This document shows positions 19,500 through 30,347 of a stretch of 64,000 bases of DNA, in pieces; positions within the stretch are counted from its first letter, which is position 1; each line of letters opens with the position of its first letter. Under the pieces are notes generated by a model. The model saw nothing but the letters and a program-made list of their open reading frames with translations. It made no database searches and was not told the origin of the DNA. The stretch comes from Clostridiaceae bacterium (lineage in GTDB: Bacteria > Bacillota > Clostridia > Oscillospirales > QAMX01): positions 2,826 through 66,825 of the forward strand of contig JAHAYX010000032.1 of the NCBI GenBank assembly GCA_018384365.1, written 5' to 3'. Position numbers and translations under genes: made by a program.

Positions 19500-20411
19500 T
19501 TATTCCTTTACTGCGGACAGTGCCGCCGCAAGCGTTTCTCTGTTTTCCACGTTCAGCGCAAGCGCCGCACCGCCGATTTTTCCCATAAAGCCAGTGAGCG
19601 TTTTGCCCGCACCGACTTCAATGAAGTTCTGACAGCCGTCTGCCAGCAGGCGCTCGATGGTGCGCTGCCAGCGCACCGGCGTTTTCACCTGCTGCGCCAG
19701 AAGGGAGGCGGCATCACCGTAGGGCTCCGCGTTGGTGTTGGCGTAAAGCGGAATACGCGGCGCGGCAAACGAAAGCTGCGCCATATACTCCGTCAGCCCG
19801 TGGGAGGCTTCCTCCATAAACGGGGAGTGGAACGCACCGCCGACCTTCAGCCGGACCGCACGGCCGCGCGCGGCTGCCACGTCCGCTTCAAAAGCGGCAA
19901 GCTGCTCCGGAACACCGGAAACAACGGTCTGACCGGGACAGTTATAGTTGACAGGAAAAACACAGTCATATTTTGAAGCAAGCCGTTCGACCGTTTCGGC
20001 ATCCAGACGCAGAATGGCGTCCATTGCACCGGGGTTTGCCTCCGATGCGGCCTGCATCAGCTCCGCGCGGCGGCAGACCAGGCGGAATGCATCGTCGAAC
20101 CCAAGAATACCGGTGAAGGCCAGCGCCGCGATTTCGCCGAGGGAGAAGCCGGCTGCCGCATCTGCCTCTACGCCTGCGGCATGCAGCGCTTCCGCACAGG
20201 CCAGATCCATGGCAAACAGGCAGGGCTGTGTGTTGCGGGTGATGGCAAGCTCTTCTGCCGTGCCCTCAAAGCACTGCCGGATCGTGCCGGGACGCAGGCG
20301 TTCCGCCGCGTCAAATACGGCGCGGGCAGCGGGGACGGCCTCGTAAAGGTCATGTCCCATGCCGGGAACCTGCGAGCCCTGTCCCGCAAAAAGAAAAACG
20401 GTTTTCGCCAT
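19500..20411 (-). CDS. fabD: Malonyl-CoA:ACP transacylase
   Basis: FAGQGSQ and GFSLGE motifs. Confidence 0.95.
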   Translation of the reverse strand: MAKTVFLFAGQGSQVPGMGHDLYEAVPAARAVFDAAERLRPGTIRQCFEGTAEELAITRNTQPCLFAMDLACAEALHAAGVEADAAAGFSLGEIAALAFTGILGFDDAFRLVCRRAELMQAASEANPGAMDAILRLDAETVERLASKYDCVFPVNYNCPGQTVVSGVPEQLAAFEADVAAARGRAVRLKVGGAFHSPFMEEASHGLTEYMAQLSFAAPRIPLYANTNAEPYGDAASLLAQQVKTPVRWQRTIERLLADGCQNFIEVGAGKTLTGFMGKIGGAALALNVENRETLAAALSAVKE

Positions 20412-20414
20412 GCG

Positions 20415-21377
20415 TCAGTCCTCCGTTACAAAGCGCGATGCGCCGCGGAGTATTTCCTCCGCTTCACGGAACATATCGCGGATGATTTCCTCCGACGGCT
20501 TTTCGTCGTGGATCATGGACGCGCATTGTCCGGCCATCAGGCCGCCGTTGACAACGTCGCCGTCGCGTGCGGCTTTACGCAGAGAGCCTGCGCCAAATTC
20601 ATTGATTTCTTCGTCGGTGATGGAGGTATCGTATTCCATTTCATAGAAGCGGCGGCTGAATTTGTTCTTCAGCGAGCGCACCGGATGACCCAGGCGTTTG
20701 CCGGTGACGATGGTGTCGATGTCGCGCGCATCCAGAATCTTCTGCTTGTAATTCGGGTGTACGGTGCATTCGGTTGCCGTGAGAAAACGGGTGCCGCATT
20801 GTACGCCGACGGCGCCCAGCATAAAGGATGCCGCAATGCCGCGGCCATCGGCAATACCGCCTGCCGCGATCACGGGAATTTTCACGGCGTCCACAACCTG
20901 AGGAACGAGCGTCATGGTAGTCAGGTCGCCGACGTGGCCGCCGGACTCGCCGCCCTCGGCGACGACCGCACACGCGCCCATGCGCTCCAGACGGCGCGCG
21001 ATGGCGGTGGACGGCACGACCGGGATGACCTTGATCCCGGCGTCAATCCAGGACTGCATATACTTGGACGGCATGCCGGCGCCCGTGATGACGACCGGTA
21101 CGTGCTCGTCGATGACGATCTGCGCCACTTCGTCCGCAAAGGGGCTCATGAGCATGATATTGACGCCGAAGGGTGTGTTCGCGTCCTTCAAAAGAGAACG
21201 GCAGCGGGAAATCTCCCCGCGCACGTAGTCGCCATTGGCATTCATGGCGGAAATGACGCCGAGTCCGCCGGCATTGGAAACGGCGGAGGCAAGTTCCGCA
21301 TCCGAAATCCAGGCCATACCGCCCTGGAAAATCGGATAACGGATACCGAGCAGCTCACAAAGCGGTGTACGGATCAT
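20415..21377 (-). CDS. fabK: Enoyl-ACP reductase II (FMN-dependent, nitronate-monooxygenase fold)
   Basis: IRYPIFQGGMAW motif. It sits between acpP and fabD as in the streptococcal cluster. GGGAG lies 8 nt upstream of ATG 21377. Confidence 0.9.
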   Translation of the reverse strand: MIRTPLCELLGIRYPIFQGGMAWISDAELASAVSNAGGLGVISAMNANGDYVRGEISRCRSLLKDANTPFGVNIMLMSPFADEVAQIVIDEHVPVVITGAGMPSKYMQSWIDAGIKVIPVVPSTAIARRLERMGACAVVAEGGESGGHVGDLTTMTLVPQVVDAVKIPVIAAGGIADGRGIAASFMLGAVGVQCGTRFLTATECTVHPNYKQKILDARDIDTIVTGKRLGHPVRSLKNKFSRRFYEMEYDTSITDEEINEFGAGSLRKAARDGDVVNGGLMAGQCASMIHDEKPSEEIIRDMFREAEEILRGASRFVTED

Positions 21378-21378
21378 C

Positions 21379-21597
21379 TTACAGGCTCCCATCAATGAGC
21401 TCAACGAGCTCACGGACCGTCTTCAGGCTGGAGTCCAGCTCGATGGAAATGCCGAACTCATCCTCCAGGCTCATCACGATCTCAACGGTGTCAAGAGAAT
21501 CGAGGCCCAGATCTTCAAAAGTGGAATCCAGGGAGATCTCGGAAACATCGATGTCCTTATATTCTGCGAGAATTTTTGCGGTTTTTTCGAAAGTCAT
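21379..21597 (-). CDS. acpP: Acyl carrier protein
   Basis: LGLDSLDTVE phosphopantetheine-attachment motif. GGAGG lies 8 nt upstream of ATG 21597. Confidence 0.95.
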   Translation of the reverse strand: MTFEKTAKILAEYKDIDVSEISLDSTFEDLGLDSLDTVEIVMSLEDEFGISIELDSSLKTVRELVELIDGSL

Positions 21598-21691
21598 AGT
21601 AGTACCCTCCAAATTCAGTTATTTTTGTCTATTTACAGCGGCGAAAAACGCCGGTGTTTACGAAAAACAGGTTCTTCGGCGAAAAAACGGC

Positions 21692-22636
21692 TTACCAGGT
21701 GAGCAGACAGGCGCCGGTTGTCAGGCCTGCGCCGAAGGCGCTCATGGCAAGGCGCTGTCCGGCCTTCAATTTGCCTGCGCGGTGGAGTTCGTCCAGCAGG
21801 AGCGGGACGCTGGCGGACGAAGTGTTGCCGTAATGCTCCAGATTGTGCGGGAACTTTTCCACCGGCTGGCGCAGACGGGTGCGGACAGCCTCGAGTATGC
21901 GCAGGTTTGCCTGGTGCAGCACGAAGTGGTCAATTCCGTCGAGCGAAATGCCGGCGGTTTCGCACAGCGCGCGGATATCCTCCGTGGCGGAAGAAACGGC
22001 AAACTTATAAACCTCCTGCCCGTTCATGGACATGGCCTCGCCCGTGCGGCCGCTTTTGTCATAGGGGCAGTTGCCGGCGGAATTATACCCGTGAAGCACG
22101 TCGATATTCGATGCCGTATGCATCCGGAAGAGCACATCATCTCCGCCGGACGTGACAACGCAGGCAGCCGCCGCGTCGCCGAACAGCACACAGGTTGCAC
22201 GGTTCGTCCAGTCCACCATACGCGTGGGTTCCTCGGCGCAAACGATCAAAATGTTGCGGTGACGTCCGCGCGCAAGATAGGCGTCTGCCATTTCCAGCGC
22301 ATAGACGAACCCGGCGCAGGCACCGTTGATATCCAGACAGGGACAGGCGGCGCCCGTCAGTCCCTGCACGACGCAGGACATGGCCGGTACCATAAATCGA
22401 TTATAAACAGAGGAACAGATCAGAAAATCAATGTCGGAAATGGAAAGACCGGCATTTTCCACGGCGCGGCGCGCCGCTTCCGCCGCAAGTCCTTCCAGAT
22501 TTCCGTCGTGGATATGGCGTTCTTCAATTCCTGTGCGTGTACGGATCCACTCGTCAGACGTATCAAGAAAGCTTTCAAGCTCCGTGTTTTTCACCACAAG
22601 CTCCGGCGTGGCGCTGCCGGTACCGATAATCTTCAT
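21692..22636 (-). CDS. fabH: Beta-ketoacyl-ACP synthase III
   Basis: TSDEWIRTRTGI..., the active-site Cys in NGACAGF, and an HQAN motif. Confidence 0.95.
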   Translation of the reverse strand: MKIIGTGSATPELVVKNTELESFLDTSDEWIRTRTGIEERHIHDGNLEGLAAEAARRAVENAGLSISDIDFLICSSVYNRFMVPAMSCVVQGLTGAACPCLDINGACAGFVYALEMADAYLARGRHRNILIVCAEEPTRMVDWTNRATCVLFGDAAAACVVTSGGDDVLFRMHTASNIDVLHGYNSAGNCPYDKSGRTGEAMSMNGQEVYKFAVSSATEDIRALCETAGISLDGIDHFVLHQANLRILEAVRTRLRQPVEKFPHNLEHYGNTSSASVPLLLDELHRAGKLKAGQRLAMSAFGAGLTTGACLLTW

Positions 22637-22655
22637 ACGACACTACCTTCTCCCC

Positions 22656-23123
22656 TTATTCTTTGTGCGCGGACAATTCAAGCTGGCGTTTGATGAAGTT
22701 CGCCATGTTTGTCAGGGCAGAAAGCAGCACCGGTTTCTGCTCCTCGTCAACGCCTTTGATAAAGGCGCGAATCATGTGCTCGTGAAAGTAGCGGTGCATG
22801 GAGTTCACCTTTTCTCCCTTGCGCGTCAGTTCCACATACACGACACGGCCGTCTGTCTCGGAGCGGCGTTTGGAAACATAGCCTTTTTTCTCGAGTTTTT
22901 TCACTGCAATCGTCATGGATGGCAGCGTGACATCGTGTTCCTGTGCGATATCGCTGATGGAACATCCTTCGGCACGCCGCTGCCACACGGTTTCAATGAT
23001 ATGCAGCTCGCTGATGGAAAGCTGCTGGCCGCTCTGCGAGAGAAGCTGTTCCTCCAGCCGCTGGATGGATTCATAAATGCCGTTGAAAATGCTGTTCAAT
23101 TCGGAAGCATAGGCGTCCAGCAT
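22656..23123 (-). CDS. fabT: MarR-family regulator, FabT-like
   Basis: 155-aa winged-HTH MarR protein. It is the first gene of the FASII cluster, the position FabT occupies in streptococci. Confidence 0.75.
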   Translation of the reverse strand: MLDAYASELNSIFNGIYESIQRLEEQLLSQSGQQLSISELHIIETVWQRRAEGCSISDIAQEHDVTLPSMTIAVKKLEKKGYVSKRRSETDGRVVYVELTRKGEKVNSMHRYFHEHMIRAFIKGVDEEQKPVLLSALTNMANFIKRQLELSAHKE

Positions 23124-23144
23124 GACAAACCTCCGGCTCTGTAA

Positions 23145-23202
23145 ATGATTAGTTTGTTTAATTAGTTTGTCTAATCATATACCGGAACCAGGCGTTTGTC
23201 AA
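23145..23202 (-). promoter_or_regulatory. fabT promoter with overlapping repeat-rich operator
   Basis: Minus strand: TTGACA (23202-23197), 17-nt spacer, TATGAT (23179-23174). The inverted repeat ATGATTAG/CTAATCAT (23145-23152 and 23171-23178) encloses two direct TTAGTTTGT repeats (23149-23157 and 23162-23170). Confidence 0.55.
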
Positions 23203-23235
23203 GACGAAAAAGTGTGAACATTCTGCGGATTCTGC

Positions 23236-23267
23236 ACAAAAAAGAGAGGCCGGAGCAGTCCGGCCTC
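23236..23267 (-). terminator. Rho-independent terminator after the MATE gene
   Basis: Stem GAGGCCGGA/TCCGGCCTC with a 4-nt loop, then TCTTTTTTG on the minus strand. Confidence 0.7.
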
Positions 23268-23323
23268 AAACAAAACGAGGGAAATCAGCGGGAAGAGCGG
23301 CTTTTGCTGTGCGCGGGCCGGGC

Positions 23324-24664
23324 TCAGCGTCCCGTTTGCGCTGCCCGCAGGAGCCTGCGCTGATACAGCACGCCGGTGACGTCGGCCAACAGCCATCCGA
23401 TCGGGACGGCAATCCAGATTCCCACAACGCCGATTGCAGGAACAGGCGCAAGCAGATAGGCCAGCACGACGCGGGTACCAAGGGAAATCACGGTCAGAAC
23501 GACGGAGATGCCGGGACGGTGTATGGCGCGGTAATAGCCGTACAGCAGGGCAAGCAGGCCAATGCCGAAATAGCAGGAACCTTCAATCCGCAGATACTGC
23601 ACGCCGACCGCCAGAATTTCCGTCTCTCCCGGCTGTATGAACAGTCCGAGCAGGGGACGGGCAAAGATGCAGACAAGCGCGCTGATCGTGACGCAGAAGA
23701 GAAACGCCGTGGAAACGGCGCTGCGGATTCCCTTTCTGATGCGTTCGTGCTGCCCGGCGCCATAATTCTGCGCAACGAAGGTGGAAAACGCATTGCCGAA
23801 GTCCTGTGCAGGCATATGTGCGAAGGAATTGATCTTGACCGCTGCGGCAAAGGCCGCCATGACGACGGTGCCAAAGCTGTTTACAAGCCCTTGAATGAGC
23901 AAAACGCCGAAGTTCATGATGGACTGCTGCATGGAGGTCAGGAAGGAAAAGCCTGCAAGCTCGCGGATGATGTCGGCACGCCACCTGAGATGGCGTTTTG
24001 CCGGGCGTAAATCGCGCAGACGGAACAGGACATACCCGGTAATGCCGAACCCCGAAATGCACTGCGCAATCACGGTAGCCGCCGCCGCGCCCTTGACTCC
24101 TGCCTGAAGCCCCAGAACGAACAGCAGATCGAGCGCAATGTTCAAAAGCGCGGAAATTCCCAGAAAAATCAGCGGTACCAGGGAATTCCCGATTGCCCGG
24201 AGCACACCGGCAAAATAATTATACAGAAAGGTTGCGGCGATGCCGAGGAAAATGATCTGCAGATACTCCTTCATAAGCGGCGCAACTTCGGCCGGTACCT
24301 GAAGGACGCGGACGATCAGGCCAAGCCCGAAGAATACGGCAGCATTCAGAAAAAGCGTGACGGCCGCGATCAGGAAAAAAGAGAGGACCAGACTGCTTTT
24401 CAAACGTTCGGTATCGCGCCGCCCGTATTGAATGGAAAAGGCCGCGCCGCTGCCCATGCAAAGTCCCAACAGGATGGAGGTCAGGAAGATCATCAGCGTA
24501 TAGGAAGAACCAACGGCCGCCAGGGCGTTTGCACCCAGATATTTTCCGACGATCCAGGTGTCTGCAATGTTATATAACTGCTGCAGCAGGTTGCCAAGCA
24601 TCATGGGCAGAGCAAATTGCAGCAGATTCCCGGTGATCGGGCCTTTTGTAAAATCTTTCTGCAT
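23324..24664 (-). CDS. MATE-family efflux transporter
   Basis: 446-aa polytopic protein. The N-terminus ITGNLLQFALPMMLGNLLQQLYNIADTWIVGK is typical of MATE proteins. Confidence 0.9.
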   Translation of the reverse strand: MQKDFTKGPITGNLLQFALPMMLGNLLQQLYNIADTWIVGKYLGANALAAVGSSYTLMIFLTSILLGLCMGSGAAFSIQYGRRDTERLKSSLVLSFFLIAAVTLFLNAAVFFGLGLIVRVLQVPAEVAPLMKEYLQIIFLGIAATFLYNYFAGVLRAIGNSLVPLIFLGISALLNIALDLLFVLGLQAGVKGAAAATVIAQCISGFGITGYVLFRLRDLRPAKRHLRWRADIIRELAGFSFLTSMQQSIMNFGVLLIQGLVNSFGTVVMAAFAAAVKINSFAHMPAQDFGNAFSTFVAQNYGAGQHERIRKGIRSAVSTAFLFCVTISALVCIFARPLLGLFIQPGETEILAVGVQYLRIEGSCYFGIGLLALLYGYYRAIHRPGISVVLTVISLGTRVVLAYLLAPVPAIGVVGIWIAVPIGWLLADVTGVLYQRRLLRAAQTGR

Positions 24665-24707
24665 GGAACATGCCTTTCGTGAATGTGTAATGAGCCGGGA
24701 GGAACAG

Positions 24708-25292
24708 TCAGACCCTGCGCGGCCGGTCCAGCACGGGCCGGTTTCCCCGGAGCGTCAGGTCAAGCTGCCAGCCGTGGCCGAAATCCGGCTGCCAGTCATA
24801 AAATCCGCGTTTTTCCGTGCAGAACGAATCCAAAATGGCGCAGATCGTACCGCCGTGGCAGACGATGCAGGCACGATCCGCCGCAGTTTCCGCCACAAAA
24901 GCCGCAAAGCTTTCACGCACGCGGGAATAGAAGGAATTCCGGCTTTCCCCCCAGGGACAACTGCAATCGCCGGATTCATCTGTAATCCATTTGATGTAGT
25001 AGGGATCAAAACGCAGTGTGTCATACGATTTCTGCTCAAAAAGGCCGAAATTCATTTCCTGCAGTCCGGGAAGGGAAAGGCGGCGTGCGCCCCGACAGAG
25101 CAGTTCTGCCGTTTCCTGTGTGCGGTACATGCCGGTGTCGGCCACAACGTCAAAAACAGGGAGCGGACGGCTTTCCGCCAGTGTACGCAGCTCCGCCGCG
25201 CCGCCGGGGGAGAGGTGCCAATCGGTTGCCCCGCAGTAGAGATGCTTTTCGTTTGCCTCCGTGCGTCCGTGTCGGAGCAGAATCAATTCCAT
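24708..25292 (-). CDS. cobC: Histidine-phosphatase family protein, likely alpha-ribazole phosphatase
   Basis: LLRHGRTEANE phosphoglycerate-mutase-like motif, directly downstream of cobS. Confidence 0.65.
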   Translation of the reverse strand: MELILLRHGRTEANEKHLYCGATDWHLSPGGAAELRTLAESRPLPVFDVVADTGMYRTQETAELLCRGARRLSLPGLQEMNFGLFEQKSYDTLRFDPYYIKWITDESGDCSCPWGESRNSFYSRVRESFAAFVAETAADRACIVCHGGTICAILDSFCTEKRGFYDWQPDFGHGWQLDLTLRGNRPVLDRPRRV

Positions 25293-25326
25293 ACAGTTTA
25301 CCTCGAATCAACCGGATAAAGTAGGT

Positions 25327-26094
25327 TCAAAAAACAGCGGTCAGAAGAAGCAGTGACAGCGTTTCGCTGAGCACAACCGTGAAGCCGGAAACGTCGCCGT
25401 TGACGCCGCCGAGCCGGCGTGCAGCATACAGCCCCAGCAGCGTACCCAGCAGCGTGCCGCCGGTCAAAGCCGCCGTGCAGGGGAAACCGGCGAAAGGCAG
25501 CAGCGTCGCCAGCGCTGCCAGCGCTGTTACGGCCAGCACGAGTTTCACGCGCGGCCCGTTCCCCGTCTTAAAATACGCGCCAAGCGAGCTTTCCGGCATG
25601 GTCCTGACACAGAGCAGCAGCAATCCTGCCGCACAGCGGGAAAGCGTGGGCGCGCAGACGAACAGGACAGCCCACACGATCGGTCCGGCCGGTGCACTGC
25701 GCAGGACGGAAACGGAGGCAAGGTTTGCCGCCAGCAAAAAAAACAGGCAGATGACCGCAAAAGAACCGCAGTGCGGATCCTTCAGGATGCGCCGGCGGCC
25801 CTCCTCGTCGCGATGCGAGAGCAGGGCGTCGCAGACGTCCATAAATCCATCAAGATGCAGAAACCCTGTCAGCGCGTAAACCGCTGCAAGCAGAAGAACG
25901 GAAAAAATCAGTCCCGGGATGGGAAGAAATGAAAAAATCCAGGCCAGAAGCAGATACAGCGCGCCCAGAACGGCACCGGTCAGGCCAAAGCAGGCAGTCA
26001 TCCGGCTGCCATGTTCCATGTCCCAGTCAAGCTGCGGCATGGGAACGGCGGTAAACATACCGAGCGCGGAGAGAAAAGAGCGGAGATAGTTCAT
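25327..26094 (-). CDS. cobS: Adenosylcobinamide-GDP ribazoletransferase
   Basis: Polytopic CobS-like protein (LHLDGFMDVCDAL motif). ATG 26094 has AGGTG 7 nt upstream. Confidence 0.9.
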   Translation of the reverse strand: MNYLRSFLSALGMFTAVPMPQLDWDMEHGSRMTACFGLTGAVLGALYLLLAWIFSFLPIPGLIFSVLLLAAVYALTGFLHLDGFMDVCDALLSHRDEEGRRRILKDPHCGSFAVICLFFLLAANLASVSVLRSAPAGPIVWAVLFVCAPTLSRCAAGLLLLCVRTMPESSLGAYFKTGNGPRVKLVLAVTALAALATLLPFAGFPCTAALTGGTLLGTLLGLYAARRLGGVNGDVSGFTVVLSETLSLLLLTAVF

Positions 26095-26358
26095 AGCACA
26101 GCACCTGTTCCATAAGATACCTGATTGTAGCATACCGGGCAGAGCTTGTAAATATCTTTACCTTTCCTGTACCGAATACTGCCAGAAAAAGGCTTTTTGT
26201 CTTGAATACGGACACAGACCTCCAGAAAACGGGGCGTTTTTCGCAAAAGGAACATTTTGTTCAAAGAAATTTCAAAAAAAGACGGTTCATTCATATTGTA
26301 TTCATAAAGAACCTGTAATCTAAACACACGGAAAGAGGAAGGTACCGGGAGGTTTTTT

Positions 26359-26895
26359 ATGGTTATCTTGGTCACGGGCGGTGCACGCAGCGGAAAAAGT
26401 ATGTTTGCGCAGAGTTTTTTCACGGAAACGGACAGGGTTGTCTATCTTGCAACGGCGGAGGTGTATGATGAGGAAATGGCGCAGCGCGTGGCACTGCACC
26501 GCAGCTCGCGCCCGGCTTCCTGGCGGACAGCGGAGCGCCCGACGGAACTTTCGGGTGTGATTCAGGGCGAGGAGGGCTGCCTGCTCGACTGCGTCACCGT
26601 GCTGACGTCGAACATCATGTTTGCGCATACGGCGCAGTATGAGCGCATTCCCAAAGAAGCGCAGGAGGAAACGGAAGCTGAGGTGGAGCGCCAGCTGGAT
26701 ACCCTCATAAACGATGCAAATGCCTGCGGCTGCCGGCTGGTGCTTGTAACAAATGAACTGGGGTCCGGCATTGTGCCGGAACACCATGTTTCCCGCGTAT
26801 TTCGCGATATCGCAGGGCGTGTGAATCAATATCTGGCGCGACGCGCGGACGAAGTCTATTTGTGTGTCAGCGGAATCCCCGTTAAAATAAAGTGA
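26359..26895 (+). CDS. cobU: Adenosylcobinamide kinase / adenosylcobinamide-phosphate guanylyltransferase
   Basis: P-loop VTGGARSGKS. 178 aa. GGGAGG RBS. Confidence 0.9.
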   Translation: MVILVTGGARSGKSMFAQSFFTETDRVVYLATAEVYDEEMAQRVALHRSSRPASWRTAERPTELSGVIQGEEGCLLDCVTVLTSNIMFAHTAQYERIPKEAQEETEAEVERQLDTLINDANACGCRLVLVTNELGSGIVPEHHVSRVFRDIAGRVNQYLARRADEVYLCVSGIPVKIK

Positions 26896-26911
26896 GAACG
26901 GAGCAGAAACG

Positions 26912-27865
26912 ATGAGAAGGGACATTTTTATTGTGAACCCTGCGGCGGGAAAACACGACCAGACCTCGGAACTGACGGGGCTGATACGCCGCGCAGCAGA
27001 GGCGCATGGGCTGAATTACCAGATCTGTACGACGGAATACAAGGGCCATGCGGCACAGATCGTTGGCCGGGAGGCCGGGAGTACGCCTTCGGAAACCTGC
27101 CGGTTTTACGCCTGCGGCGGCGATGGAACACTGAACGAGGTTGTTCGCGGTGCGGCGGAGTATGAAAATGCGCAGGTGGCATGCTATCCCTGCGGTACCG
27201 GCAACGATTTCATCAAGATATTTGCCCATCCGGAGAACTTTCTGGATATGGATGCCCTGATAGAAGCGGACGTTGTGCCGATGGATCTGATCCGCATGAA
27301 TGATATGTTTGCGATCAATCTGTGCTCTGCCGGTATCGATGCGCGGGTTGCCGACTGGGTCGGCCGGCATAATCACAGAGTTCCGCTTGCGGGAAAGCTC
27401 GTGTATGATTTGTCTCTCCTCATCAATTTTTTTGGCCGTATCCACAGACGTTTTGAAGTGGAACTGGACGGAAAACGCCTGGACGGTGAGTATTCCATCA
27501 TCGTTGCGGCCTCCGGCCGGTATTACGGCGGTGGTTTTTATGCCGTTCCGGAGGCGGAACCGGACGATGGGCTGCTGGACTTTGTGCTGGTCCGGAAAAT
27601 CGGCCACCTGGACCTTCTGCGCCTGATCGGAAAGTATCAGTCGGGGCGTCACAACGAGCTGGGAGATTATCAGTACTACTGCCGCGGGCGGGAACTGGTG
27701 CTGCGCACGGAAAAACCGGAGCCGTGCAACTATGACGGCGAGATTCTGAACGTCCGGGAGGTGTCCATCGGCCTGGCACAGCGCAAATTGCCTGTGGCAG
27801 TCCCGGCAGGCAGCTGCATTATCCGGAATGCCGCCGAAAAACTGCGTCAGACCGCAAAAACATGA
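26912..27865 (+). CDS. Diacylglycerol/lipid kinase family protein (YegS/BmrU-like)
   Basis: IVNPAAGK and ACGGDGTLNEVV motifs. Confidence 0.85.
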   Translation: MRRDIFIVNPAAGKHDQTSELTGLIRRAAEAHGLNYQICTTEYKGHAAQIVGREAGSTPSETCRFYACGGDGTLNEVVRGAAEYENAQVACYPCGTGNDFIKIFAHPENFLDMDALIEADVVPMDLIRMNDMFAINLCSAGIDARVADWVGRHNHRVPLAGKLVYDLSLLINFFGRIHRRFEVELDGKRLDGEYSIIVAASGRYYGGGFYAVPEAEPDDGLLDFVLVRKIGHLDLLRLIGKYQSGRHNELGDYQYYCRGRELVLRTEKPEPCNYDGEILNVREVSIGLAQRKLPVAVPAGSCIIRNAAEKLRQTAKT

Positions 27866-27983
27866 ATAAGAAATAGCAAACGGGAGATAATTTTCTCTGA
27901 TGGCCGATTTTACCTCTTTTTACATGGAACCACCTTGACAGAACGCTTGCGAAATGGATAGCAAAGGCTTATCATATATATCG

Positions 27984-30024
<2,041 letters not shown>

Positions 30025-30064
30025 TCGACCCCCGAAAGGAAAACTTGCCGCAAGGCATTCCCGT

Positions 30065-30102
30065 ACCCGGCAGGACAAATCGTCCTGCCGGGTATTTTTT
30101 TT
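30065..30102 (+). terminator. Rho-independent terminator after groEL
   Basis: Stem ACCCGGCAGGAC/GTCCTGCCGGGT followed by ATTTTTTTT. Confidence 0.85.
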
Positions 30103-30167
30103 GTGCAGAACGGAAGGAAAAACCACCCGCAGAGCTGCAATTTGGACGGAATAACGGTGCGTTTCCC

Positions 30168-30196
30168 TTGACAAAAGCACCGGAAATGAGTATGAT
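30168..30196 (+). promoter_or_regulatory. Sigma-A-type promoter
   Basis: TTGACA (30168-30173), 17-nt spacer, TATGAT (30191-30196). This leaves a leader of ~145 nt. Confidence 0.55.
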
Positions 30197-30347
30197 TTAG
30201 TGTATATCAGTATACTGGGTGGCCTGTGTGGGTATTCCTGCGCCGGACGGCCCGGACTGGAGCAAAATTCCGGCCTGCGCCGCAGTGCGCGGCGGAGGCA
30301 GAAATAGAATCCTCTCAGTTTTTGAGCATGGATTGGAGGAACAGAAT

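Noticed and set aside
16534-21612. N-terminal extensions in the ORF track for fabZ, accB, fabF, fabK and acpP (likewise cobS, DUF421, groES, trxA, pduL, DUF4349 and rubrerythrin)
   Set aside because: In each case an internal ATG with a GGAGG-type RBS 5-9 nt upstream yields the canonical family N-terminus. The extension overlaps the upstream gene or its stop codon.
20181-22693. 405-aa and 442-aa plus-strand ORFs
   Set aside because: They are antisense to fabD/fabK and acpP/fabH, whose identities are unambiguous.
26095-26358. Cobalamin riboswitch between cobS and cobU
   Set aside because: No B12-box-like or GCCACTG core sequence on either strand by eye. Left as a check in the findings.
27935-27980. 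groES promoter hexamers upstream of CIRCE
   Set aside because: A TTGACA is present at 27935-27940, but no acceptable -10 lies 16-18 nt downstream. The TATATA at 27975-27980 has no matching -35. The promoter is left unassigned.
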